In this document: positions 1-8,332 of the stretch, piece by piece
How positions within the stretch are numbered: position 1 is the first letter of the stretch
How the letters are laid out: each line of letters opens with the position of its first letter
Assembly (NCBI GenBank): GCA_017441705.1
Contig: JAFRWU010000009.1
Location: forward strand, 2,657-66,656
Length of the DNA: 64,000 bases
From: Clostridia bacterium
GTDB lineage: Bacteria; Bacillota; Clostridia; Oscillospirales; QAMX01
Direction of reading: 5' to 3'
The notes under the pieces: model-generated
The model's input: only the letters and a program-made list of their open reading frames with translations
The model's database searches: none
Told to the model about the DNA's origin: nothing
Made by a program: the position numbers and the translations under genes

Positions 1-163
1 CTTCCGCGTTGGGGGTAAAGCCCTGCTCGAACAAGGCTTTCCTTCCCTCATAGAGATAGTTGTTGACCTTTTCCGTCAGCTCTTCGCAGCCGCGCATGCC
101 GATGATTCCAAGGTCGCCCACCGGAGGGGTATAGATCTTGTCCAGTTCGATTCTCTCGCTCAT
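1..163 (-). CDS. N-terminal fragment of a possible ribose-phosphate pyrophosphokinase-like protein (gene continues beyond the left edge)
   Basis: Reverse-strand ATG at 163-161 is preceded by AGGAGGT (complement of 171-177). The translation MSERIELDKIYTPPVGDLGIIGMRGCEELTEKVNNYLYEGRKALFEQGFTPNAE runs off the window. From memory the N-terminus resembles long-form Prs-like proteins of Clostridia. Only 54 aa are visible, so the product call is weak. Confidence 0.4.
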   Translation of the reverse strand, partial: MSERIELDKIYTPPVGDLGIIGMRGCEELTEKVNNYLYEGRKALFEQGFTPNAE

Positions 164-209
164 TCCTTCGTACCTCCGCTCAGTAAGTATATATGACGGC
201 GCGATCGCC

Positions 210-1082
210 TTACGATACGCTTTTGATACCGCTGATTTTCTCGCCGTAAATCCGCATCATTTCCGCGGCGTCCTCCGCCTGTGTCCCCGAGGACTCGCAG
301 ATGATCGTGGGCTCGTACCCTCTCCCGGCGAGGACCTCCGCCAACGGCTCGAAACTCGGACCGAATACTTCGTCCCGAAAAGTCAGATGACGTATTTCGC
401 CGCCTTTTCCGTACTGGATTTTTGAAAAATGCGCATGGAAACGACGGGTTCTTTCGTGACCGATGGCGTTCTCCATGATATCGAAGACCTTTTCAAAATC
501 TTCCTTTGCGGCAAGCGACCCCATCGTCCTTGCGTTCAGATGACCGAAATCCACGCATGGGATCAGTCTTTCGTCAAGCAGACACATATCCAGGACTTCT
601 TCCAGGGTCCCCACCTGGTTGATCTTTCCCATAACCTCCGGACAGAGAGCGACGTCGCTGAAACCTGCGGCGTCCATCTCGCGAATGACGTATGACAGAG
701 TGTCCTTCGAGCGGGCAAGAGCTTCGTCCCGCGTGGATTTTCCGAGTCCGCCCGGATGAAATACGATGCGGTCCGCGCCCATCCATCGAGCGGCCTCGCC
801 GCATTGAAGGAAGTATTTCAGGCTGCCGAGCCTTTTGGACTCCTCCTCGCCCGACATGGAAATATAATAAGGCGCATGGATCGATAATCTGACGCCGAAG
901 CGCCTTGCGTTTTCACCGATCGATCTTGCGCCCTGTTCTTTGACCGTTACGCCGTTTCCGCATTGATACTCGTATGCGTTGAGACCCATATCGCTGAGGA
1001 ATTTCGGCGCATCTTTGGAGGACTTGTAGCCGGCGGCAGAGAAGCTGTCCGCGTTTCCCGCCGGGCCGAAGGCAATGCTCAT
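210..1082 (-). CDS. Xylose-isomerase-like TIM-barrel protein, endonuclease IV (Nfo)-like
   Basis: 290-aa ORF. The motifs IHAPYYI, VFHPGG, CPEVMGK and DFGHLNA fit the metal-ligand pattern of the AP endonuclease 2 / sugar phosphate isomerase TIM-barrel family. Confidence 0.7.
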   Translation of the reverse strand: MSIAFGPAGNADSFSAAGYKSSKDAPKFLSDMGLNAYEYQCGNGVTVKEQGARSIGENARRFGVRLSIHAPYYISMSGEEESKRLGSLKYFLQCGEAARWMGADRIVFHPGGLGKSTRDEALARSKDTLSYVIREMDAAGFSDVALCPEVMGKINQVGTLEEVLDMCLLDERLIPCVDFGHLNARTMGSLAAKEDFEKVFDIMENAIGHERTRRFHAHFSKIQYGKGGEIRHLTFRDEVFGPSFEPLAEVLAGRGYEPTIICESSGTQAEDAAEMMRIYGEKISGIKSVS

Positions 1083-1194
1083 GTTCCCGTTCCTCCCGAT
1101 CCTCCGATTTCGTTTTTATTATAGCATGGATTTTCGTCCGTGACAAGAACAATTCCGACAAATTCAACGGGGGATTTCAGGCTCTGTTTCTGGA

Positions 1195-1223
1195 TTGTAT
1201 TCAAAAAGCTTTTGTGATATACT
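1195..1223 (+). promoter_or_regulatory. Sigma-A-type promoter, TTGTAT-17 nt-TATACT with TG extension
   Basis: TTGTAT at 1195-1200 and TGaTATACT at 1215-1223. The position implies that the downstream gene starts at ATG 1265, not 1214. Confidence 0.5.
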
Positions 1224-1264
1224 TGTTTTGTCTCTTCATCTCTCCTTTGAAAGGAGTCAGCGTC

Positions 1265-1945
1265 ATGGTTTTCTGGGGTTATTTCCTGACTTATGCGTAC
1301 GTGTTCTTCCTGATCGGTCTTTCCACTCTTCTGAAATATGCTTTTCATGCAAAAGGCGAAACGACGCGCAAGGTCGTCCATATCGGATGCGGCTTTGCCT
1401 GGTTCATCATGGCCTGGTTCTTCGGCCCGTCCTGGCATCTTTTGATCCCGCCGCTGACTTTTATCGTTTTGAATTTTATATCTTACAAAAAGGGAACCTT
1501 TTCCGCCATGGAACGTTCCGACAACCCCTCTCCCGGCACCGTGTATTATCCGGTCAGTATGACGGTCATGTCCGCGTTTACGGTGTTTGCAGACAGACGT
1601 TTCCTTCTGCTCTACGGGATCGCGCTCCTGAGTCTTTCGCTCGGCGACGGCTTTGCCCCGATCTTCGGTTCGATCCGGAAAGGCAATAAACCGCTTTACG
1701 GCGGGAAGAGTCTTTACGGGACCCTGTCCGTGTTCGTGTTTTCCATGCTGACTTCGGTTCTTCTCCTGCTCTTCCCGTTCCCTGAGCCTTTTTATACGCC
1801 CTCGCTCCCCATGATCCTGGTCGCAAGCTTCGTCGGCGCGACGGCGTCCGCTCTTTTGGAGCTGTTCAGCAAAAAGGGATTGGATAACATCTTTATGCCT
1901 CTCGGTATGAGTGTGGCGCTTTATTTGATCCTTCTGCTTGCTTGA
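1265..1945 (+). CDS. Polyprenol/phytol/dolichol kinase family membrane protein (COG0170, VTE5/Sec59-like)
   Basis: Polytopic membrane ORF. ATG 1265 is preceded by AAAGGAG. TRKVVHIGCG and GDGFAPIFG...GGKSLYGT resemble the CTP-dependent isoprenoid alcohol kinase family. Confidence 0.65.
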   Translation: MVFWGYFLTYAYVFFLIGLSTLLKYAFHAKGETTRKVVHIGCGFAWFIMAWFFGPSWHLLIPPLTFIVLNFISYKKGTFSAMERSDNPSPGTVYYPVSMTVMSAFTVFADRRFLLLYGIALLSLSLGDGFAPIFGSIRKGNKPLYGGKSLYGTLSVFVFSMLTSVLLLLFPFPEPFYTPSLPMILVASFVGATASALLELFSKKGLDNIFMPLGMSVALYLILLLA

Positions 1946-2000
1946 CTTCCTGGACCGGAAGGCGCCCCGCAGGATATGATAAGGAAGGAGACGCATTCTC

Positions 2001-2789
2001 GTGAGAGAGATCGCGATACGGATCGCGCTGGCGATCCTGGCGGCGAGCGCGCTTGCGCTTTTTGCCCTTTTGAAAAAATCGCTGACAAAGCCCGCGCTTC
2101 TTCTGGCCTGGATCTCGGCGATCGTGATCGGATATTCGGGCGGAGTCGGAGGCTTTCTGATTCTTTGCGCCGTTTTCCTGTTTACCATACTTGCCGACAA
2201 GATCGGCCGGACCCGCGCCGAACGCCAAAAGAGCGAATGCCGGAAACTCGTACAGATCGTCGCGAACGTGGGAACGGGTTCCGTTTTGATCCTGCTCCTC
2301 TCCCTCACTGGTCATGCCGGAACGGGCTTTTTCCTTTATGCGGCGTCAATGGCCGCCTCCTTGTCCGACAGCATGGCTTCGGGGATCGGAGTGCTTCAAA
2401 AGAGAGATCCGGTCTCGGTCGTGACCTGGAAAAGGATCCCCCGCGGAAGATCCGGAGGCGTTTCCGCGACAGGACTCGCGGCGTCTTTGCTAGGCAGCAT
2501 GATCGTCGCCGCGCTTTACGCAGCCTTTTCCGGGAATCTCCCTGCGGCGCTTTTCGTATGCGCAGCCGGATTCCTCGGCGCTTTGGCGGATTCCTTCTAC
2601 GGCGCGTTGCTGCAGGGGAAATACGTCTGTTCGGTGAACGGCGCGTATACCGAGAAAAGATTCTGCCATGGAAAAGAAGCGCGTCTGACAGGCGGATTCC
2701 GCGTGATCGACAACAATGCGGTCAATCTCATGAACAATATGACTGCGGCTTTGATCGCCGCTCTCTTTCTTTTGACGGGTCTTGTCTGA
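2001..2789 (+). CDS. DUF92/TMEM19 family membrane protein (COG1836, VTE6-like)
   Basis: GTG start follows AAGGAAGGAGA. 262-aa polytopic protein with GGVSATGLAASLLGS and ADSFYGALLQG, typical of DUF92. Confidence 0.7.
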   Translation: MREIAIRIALAILAASALALFALLKKSLTKPALLLAWISAIVIGYSGGVGGFLILCAVFLFTILADKIGRTRAERQKSECRKLVQIVANVGTGSVLILLLSLTGHAGTGFFLYAASMAASLSDSMASGIGVLQKRDPVSVVTWKRIPRGRSGGVSATGLAASLLGSMIVAALYAAFSGNLPAALFVCAAGFLGALADSFYGALLQGKYVCSVNGAYTEKRFCHGKEARLTGGFRVIDNNAVNLMNNMTAALIAALFLLTGLV

Positions 2790-2810
2790 ACGGAAGGTTT
2801 TGGAGGAGAT

Positions 2811-4790
2811 ATGAAAAAACAAAGGATGCTCAGGGGATACGGTGAAATTTTTTGCTGTGTTCTTCTGATCGCTGCGCTTTTTGCAGGATGCGCCCTTCCG
2901 GGCTTGTCACCGGACAGACGGCGGCACCCGTCCCCGATTTTGACCGAAAGCGAAACGGAAACCGCGGACACAGAGCCTGCGGAAACCGTACCGGCGGAAC
3001 CGGTTGTTCGGTACGCCCCCGTCGGGAAAGACGTTTTTTTCGCATCGGTTTATGAAGGACCGTCGGGAACCGTCCTGATCGTTCTTGAACCCGGCGATGA
3101 GGATGAATCCGATACCGGATCGTCTTTCGTCCGGCGCACGTCCCGTACGCTGCTGATCTACGATCCCCTTTGGGGCAGATGCACGGGGATGCTCGCTCTT
3201 CCCTTTTCCGCGACGCTTTCCGATCACATTTATGAAGACGGAACGTTTTCCATTACCGATACCGACAGCAGCGGCGGTTCCGTATGCAGCTTTTATGATG
3301 CTATTGGCCGGAAAAAAGGATCGTTTTCCTTTGACGACGCTTCGTCTTTCTTCGTCAGCTCAGACAAACGAAGCGCTTACTTTGCGGCTCGCCATCTGAT
3401 GCGCAAGGATCTGGCCACGGGAAACATCGAGATGGTCCCGCTTCCCGCTTCCATGCAGGTATCCGATATCCGGGAAATGCTGCCGGACAGTGATCGCCTT
3501 CTTCTTACGCTGTTCACAGAACCGTACGGTTCTGACACCTGCACCGGATTGTTCGATCCGGATACCGGAGAATTCGTTCTACTGCAAAGAGAGTATTTCT
3601 CCTGGGACGGCAGGACCGATCAGGGCGTCGTCACCTGCGCAGATCCGAAGGGAGGCACGGCCTTCCTTTTCTGGGACGGGAAAGGCCTGCAAAAGCTTTC
3701 CGCCCCGCCGAATACCACCTGGGGAGAGGCAAGCATAGACGGCGGTTTTTGCGTGTTCCATACGGAAGGGACGGACGATCTTCTCTATTCCCCGTCAGGA
3801 AACGCTTTTGCGCGGCTCTCCGCATCGGAGGACCTGGCTTCCGGGGTTTATTATCTCGCGGAATATGACGCGTTCTTTTTCCTGGAAAGAAATCAAAACG
3901 GGAAACTCGTCCCGACTTTGATCCGAAACGAGTTTCTTTCCTATACCGAAAGGACCGCTCCGCTTGACGAATCCCGGCCGCAGCTCGTGGACGAGACGGT
4001 CCTTGACGCGTACGCGGAGAGCGGTAAGGATACCGCGCTCGCGCCGGAGCTCGCTTCCTGCCGTGTGAAGGCCGATCTCCTCGAAGCGAAATTCGGCTTC
4101 CGGGTCCTTCTCTCCGACGAGTGCGCCCTTCTCAGTCAAAATGCGGGCTTTCGTGTACATCCTTCCAGCGAATGGCCGAGAGACGAAGAAATCGAATCCA
4201 TAGAGAAATCTCTCAGCGTGATGGATCGCCTTTTTTCCGTTTATCCGGACGGGTTCTTCAAGCATTTTCAGAAAGGCGCGGACAACGGCCTGCTTTTCAT
4301 GTTGACCGGAAAGATCGAAAGCACTTACAACGTGATCGCATACGAGCGGTTGGAACCGGTATCCCGGATGTACGAGATCGTCTTTGATATGTCCTATCTT
4401 TACGATCTTGAATGTACGCTGATTCATGAACTCTGGCATGCCATTGAAGACAGCACGTCGGATCAATTCCCCTACGATGCGTGGAACGCCGTCGCTCCGC
4501 CCGGATTCTCCTATCAACAGGCGTATGAAAACGCCGTGCCGATCGAAGGATGGACGCTCTATCACAGCGATCCCGAAGATATCTATTTCGTGGACGAGTA
4601 CAGCAAGACTTTTGCCAAAGAGGATCGCGCGCGGATCATCGAGTATTTTTTCGGTCGCGAGACACTTCGTTCCGATCTCCTGGAGGCCCCGCATCTCGTC
4701 GAAAAATACAGGATCCTGATCGAGCATATCCGACGCACGTTCGACACGGAGCAGTGGCCGGAGAGAACGGCCTGGGAAATCCTTCCGTAA
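2811..4790 (+). CDS. Lipoprotein with C-terminal HExxH (zinc-metallopeptidase-like) motif
   Basis: GGAGGAGAT precedes the ATG. The signal peptide ends in the lipobox LFAGC. An acidic T/E/P linker follows. HELWH lies in TLIHELWHAIEDS about 115 aa from the C-terminus. The family was not recognised. Confidence 0.6.
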   Translation: MKKQRMLRGYGEIFCCVLLIAALFAGCALPGLSPDRRRHPSPILTESETETADTEPAETVPAEPVVRYAPVGKDVFFASVYEGPSGTVLIVLEPGDEDESDTGSSFVRRTSRTLLIYDPLWGRCTGMLALPFSATLSDHIYEDGTFSITDTDSSGGSVCSFYDAIGRKKGSFSFDDASSFFVSSDKRSAYFAARHLMRKDLATGNIEMVPLPASMQVSDIREMLPDSDRLLLTLFTEPYGSDTCTGLFDPDTGEFVLLQREYFSWDGRTDQGVVTCADPKGGTAFLFWDGKGLQKLSAPPNTTWGEASIDGGFCVFHTEGTDDLLYSPSGNAFARLSASEDLASGVYYLAEYDAFFFLERNQNGKLVPTLIRNEFLSYTERTAPLDESRPQLVDETVLDAYAESGKDTALAPELASCRVKADLLEAKFGFRVLLSDECALLSQNAGFRVHPSSEWPRDEEIESIEKSLSVMDRLFSVYPDGFFKHFQKGADNGLLFMLTGKIESTYNVIAYERLEPVSRMYEIVFDMSYLYDLECTLIHELWHAIEDSTSDQFPYDAWNAVAPPGFSYQQAYENAVPIEGWTLYHSDPEDIYFVDEYSKTFAKEDRARIIEYFFGRETLRSDLLEAPHLVEKYRILIEHIRRTFDTEQWPERTAWEILP

Positions 4791-4801
4791 AGAAAAAAAC
4801 A

Positions 4802-4843
4802 GACGGCAAAGCGCGCGCCGGTTTCGGCGCGCGCTTTGCCGTC
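4802..4843 (-). terminator. Intrinsic terminator, perfect 18-bp stem
   Basis: gacggcaaagcgcgcgcc (4802-4819) pairs with ggcgcgcgctttgccgtc (4826-4843) around a 6-nt loop. The T-run follows on the minus strand (complement of 4791-4801), so it terminates the convergent membrane-protein gene. It may also stop the plus-strand lipoprotein gene. Confidence 0.8.
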
Positions 4844-4873
4844 ATGCCGGAAAGACCGGGAAGCGCGATTCGT

Positions 4874-6781
4874 TTATTCTTTTTCTTTGCGGATCAGATC
4901 GAACCCGCTGAAGCCCCCTCCTGTGATGGAAAAATCCGAGCAGGAAGACTTGAAATCCCAGGAAGAGATCGATCCGGCGTAGTACGAGGATCCGTCCATA
5001 GTATAGACGGTGACGCCGATCGAGAAATCGTTGCGGTCGCTTCCTTCCGGAATCGGGAAGCTGACGTAGACGACGTCTCCTTTTTCATAAGGGGATCCGT
5101 TCGCATTTTCACATCCCATCGACGATTCCACACTCCCAAAGAGCTTGTAAGAAGTGAAATCCATGCTGATGCTTTTGATGGGGTCGGAGGAATCATTTGT
5201 GATCGTAAAGATAAGATCGCTGATATCCTTGTCGGTCCCGGCTACTTTTTTCGCATAAGCTTCCAGCTTGTTCTGAGCGTACAGATACCCGACGTTGCTT
5301 TCAAGCAGCGTTTTCTTTTCCAGAGCGGCCCTTCTTGAAAGAGCGGCGGAGGCCGCCTGAGAGACCTTCGGATCCGGATCCTCCGCAAGGATAATCAGAT
5401 AAGGGGTCGCGCCGTCGGACAGCTTGTCGAGCGCTTCCACGTCCACCGTGTCAAGCTTTCCCGCCTTCCACGTATCGATATTGTATTTGGCGATCCAGGC
5501 GTCGGGCGAAGAATAAATGAAAACCAGGAACATCAGGATTCCCGTAACGATGGTGGCGCCGACCACGTTGAACCGCAGCGCAAACTGACGGATCAGGATG
5601 TAGATGAAAGCGATCCCGATAAAGATCATGAACCACATGGTGCTGACGCGAAGATAGGTCATACCGAAGATCCGGATATAGAGCACCATTTTGCTGGCGG
5701 CGGAAATCATAAGACCGATCGTCAGAAGAGAAAAGATCGAGGCGAATATCGCCCAGGAAAGCGGCCTCTTTCCGTTTTCGTCATGCCGGATGAAGATGCT
5801 TCCGACGGCAATGAACGACAGATTGATCAGCGCCACGACCAGAAGCTCAAAGAATCCGCTTCGCGCGTATCCGGATACCGTGAAGCCTTCCGGCAGATGC
5901 TGACGGAACGCAGAGAAATAATATCCGATGTGCAGACCGAGATAGACGATGTACAGCAGGATCACAGGCGTCATGGCCGAGCAGGCGATCACGGGATTGA
6001 CGATGCGGACCGCTTCCGCCGCACGGTGCTTGGATTCCTGACTGATGACGCCCGCAAGCTTCCCCTTTCTGTTCGCGTACAGAACCGCAAACAGGTACAT
6101 GGAAACGGGAATCGAAGCAACGAAGGTAATGAGATCAATGATGAAGTATTCCTTCAGGAAATCGCCGATCTGTTTCGTCAGATCCTTGAAGAGCAGATCT
6201 CCCGAAAGGAGAAGGATAACGACGAGCGTCGGAATGATTGCGGCGGCAAGGCCGATCAGCACCGAGCCGAAGGCGCCGGCATGCTTTTTCTCACGCTTGC
6301 GGAAAAGCGCGCCGAACAGAGTGACGTAATTGCCGAAGGGCATGATCAGAAAAGCCGTAAGCGAATCGGCAAAGGACGAACCGTCGAGCCGGCCGGCTTC
6401 CCGGTTTCCGAAGAGGATGAAGATCCAGTAAAGGATCAAAACGACTATCAGCACCAGAGAGGTGATTTTCATGCCGACGCCGGTGGTGAAACCGAATGTT
6501 CCTCCGAGAAGCAGGATCAATACGGGAAGCAGGATCGCCTCTCCCCAATTGATTTTTCGCCCGGCAGAGTCTTTCTGCGTGACCGCGCGGTAAATGAAGA
6601 CAGCCGACACGAAGACGACGGTCAGGATCGTCATCCCGAAACCCATGTCCCCCGGCCCGCCGGCCGTGATTCCTTTCAGAAAGAAAAATCCGAAAAAGAC
6701 GCACAGAAAACCGTACAGAAGATCGATCGCATCGTAACGTGAAGCGGCAACGGCTTTTTTCTCCATCGTCGTTTCCTGCAT
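4874..6781 (-). CDS. Polytopic membrane protein with extracytoplasmic C-terminal domain (DUF4153/DUF4173-like?)
   Basis: The ORF-track frame was trimmed to ATG 6781 (MQETTMEKK), which is preceded by GGAGGTG. There are more than 10 hydrophobic segments and then a soluble tail of about 150 aa. The family name is from memory only. Confidence 0.6.
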   Translation of the reverse strand: MQETTMEKKAVAASRYDAIDLLYGFLCVFFGFFFLKGITAGGPGDMGFGMTILTVVFVSAVFIYRAVTQKDSAGRKINWGEAILLPVLILLLGGTFGFTTGVGMKITSLVLIVVLILYWIFILFGNREAGRLDGSSFADSLTAFLIMPFGNYVTLFGALFRKREKKHAGAFGSVLIGLAAAIIPTLVVILLLSGDLLFKDLTKQIGDFLKEYFIIDLITFVASIPVSMYLFAVLYANRKGKLAGVISQESKHRAAEAVRIVNPVIACSAMTPVILLYIVYLGLHIGYYFSAFRQHLPEGFTVSGYARSGFFELLVVALINLSFIAVGSIFIRHDENGKRPLSWAIFASIFSLLTIGLMISAASKMVLYIRIFGMTYLRVSTMWFMIFIGIAFIYILIRQFALRFNVVGATIVTGILMFLVFIYSSPDAWIAKYNIDTWKAGKLDTVDVEALDKLSDGATPYLIILAEDPDPKVSQAASAALSRRAALEKKTLLESNVGYLYAQNKLEAYAKKVAGTDKDISDLIFTITNDSSDPIKSISMDFTSYKLFGSVESSMGCENANGSPYEKGDVVYVSFPIPEGSDRNDFSIGVTVYTMDGSSYYAGSISSWDFKSSCSDFSITGGGFSGFDLIRKEKE

Positions 6782-6788
6782 AAAAAAC

Positions 6789-6824
6789 ACCTCCGTCTGG
6801 CGACAAATGCCTGATGACGGAGGT
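6789..6824 (-). terminator. Terminator-like hairpin whose 3' arm contains the SD of the downstream gene
   Basis: On the mRNA strand, ACCUCCGUC (complement of 6816-6824) pairs perfectly with GACGGAGGU (complement of 6789-6797) around an 18-nt loop. UUUUUU and the AUG at 6781 follow. Confidence 0.55.
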
Positions 6825-6853
6825 ATCATACCACGGATATCATCGATTGTCAA
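6825..6853 (-). promoter_or_regulatory. Sigma-A-type promoter, TTGACA-17 nt-TATGAT with TG extension
   Basis: Minus strand: TTGACA is the complement of 6848-6853 and TGgTATGAT ends at the complement of 6825. Confidence 0.55.
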
Positions 6854-6886
6854 GCACAAATTATCGCAATGCGATAAAAAATTATT

Positions 6887-8104
6887 TTATCGTTCGGAGA
6901 TCCTTCTTCCCTCCAGATAGAATCGTTTATCCTCGGCCCGGCCGAGGGAAAAAGTCTTTCGCGGAAGAACGCCGATTTTTTCCACGGTCGGGAACAGCAT
7001 ACCGCGATCGAGACCCGGCAGCAGAACGCCCGTCCCCCTTCCGGATTTTGAAAGAACGCGGAGCGTATCCTCGTCGTGAATATAGTCGACTTTCCAACCG
7101 GTGCGGTCGAGAAACTCCTGCAGAACGGCGACAGGCAGTATATCGCGGTCGCTGCGGATCAGAAGGGAGGTTTCATGATTTTCATCCAAAAGAGCAAAAC
7201 GGTATTCGTATTCACCGTTCGACGCTTCGGCGTGTTTTTGTATTTCCGAAATACTCGCCGATACGATCCTGTGGATGGGCTCGAAAGGCATGGCTTCATC
7301 CTGGCACGACACCAGCTCCACAAGGGCGTACCGGGAAAGCGCGAGCTCTCTTTCGCTTGCCGAAGGATCCTTTTTCTTCATTTCGTATAAAGCTTTTGCG
7401 GCTGCAAGAGAATGATTTCCGTCTCCGACGGCGAGAAAAGATCCTTCCAGCAGGCGATCGAGCGTATTCATGATTTCCCCCGCCTGCTCTCCGGGGATCA
7501 CGGTTCCCCGGATCCTGTGTCCGCAGACGGGAAGCCTGAAATCGTAAAGCGGTACGGCTCCGATGCGTGCAAGAGTCTTATCCGCCGCTTCCTGCAAAAG
7601 GAAGAGCGGATCGTTATACAGTACCAGTATATGCGGCAACTCGACAGACGCCGTTTCTCTGATGCGGATACGGGGCGGCAGACGGGAGGGAACGGTTTCT
7701 TCGGTGGCGCGGATCGCGGCCTTTTTGTCAGGATCGAAATCGTATTTCTCCAGATCGATCGCGCCGAGAAGACCGCGGCGGAAAAGGCCTGTGGACTGTT
7801 CGCGCTCGATACGGATCAGAGAATTCTTTATCTCGCGGAAACAGCCGTTTTCCAGATAGCTTTTCATATAATGGGATATCCGGCGGAGAGCTTCCTCTTC
7901 GCGCGCGGTCCCCAGATACGCTTCCGGCAGTACGAGATCCAGCGTCGAGGGGCGGCTGCCGGCCGCTTCTTTCAGGGAATCCCAGAATTCCGGTTCGGAG
8001 GTATGCTGATCCACCGGCGGCACGCACCATTCCGGAAGGTATTCCTCTTTCGGTACAAGGATATCCGCGGGATAAAACCCGGATGCATTTTTGACGTACG
8101 GCAT
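6887..8104 (-). CDS. DUF1015 domain-containing protein
   Basis: 405-aa ORF. VGDGNHSLAAAKALY and the overall layout match my memory of DUF1015 (COG4198). Confidence 0.75.
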   Translation of the reverse strand: MPYVKNASGFYPADILVPKEEYLPEWCVPPVDQHTSEPEFWDSLKEAAGSRPSTLDLVLPEAYLGTAREEEALRRISHYMKSYLENGCFREIKNSLIRIEREQSTGLFRRGLLGAIDLEKYDFDPDKKAAIRATEETVPSRLPPRIRIRETASVELPHILVLYNDPLFLLQEAADKTLARIGAVPLYDFRLPVCGHRIRGTVIPGEQAGEIMNTLDRLLEGSFLAVGDGNHSLAAAKALYEMKKKDPSASERELALSRYALVELVSCQDEAMPFEPIHRIVSASISEIQKHAEASNGEYEYRFALLDENHETSLLIRSDRDILPVAVLQEFLDRTGWKVDYIHDEDTLRVLSKSGRGTGVLLPGLDRGMLFPTVEKIGVLPRKTFSLGRAEDKRFYLEGRRISER

Positions 8105-8224
8105 AGAATTTCATCCTTCCCCGGCAGGCGGTCCGAGCGACGCACGGTTTTCCTTCCTGCACATTCCGCGGCATGCCGGCCTTTGCCGGCTTCATCCGGG
8201 ATCGCGCCATGTCCGGCCGGAAAT

Positions 8225-8253
8225 ATTATAAACCATTCTTCGCCTTTTTTCAA
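8225..8253 (-). promoter_or_regulatory. Promoter, TTGAAA-17 nt-TATAAT (for the DUF1015 gene)
   Basis: Minus strand: TTGAAA is the complement of 8248-8253 and TATAAT is the complement of 8225-8230. Confidence 0.5.
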
Positions 8254-8263
8254 TGCCGCCACT

Positions 8264-8291
8264 TGATTTTTCGGGTAAGCTGTGTTAGAAT
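8264..8291 (+). promoter_or_regulatory. Promoter, TTGATT-16 nt-TAGAAT with TG extension (for fba)
   Basis: TTGATT at 8264-8269 and TGtTAGAAT ending at 8291. It lies back to back with the divergent promoter at 8225-8253. Confidence 0.5.
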
Positions 8292-8332
8292 TGACAGGCA
8301 ACGAAAAAATAAAAGAAAAGGAGTATGCGTTT

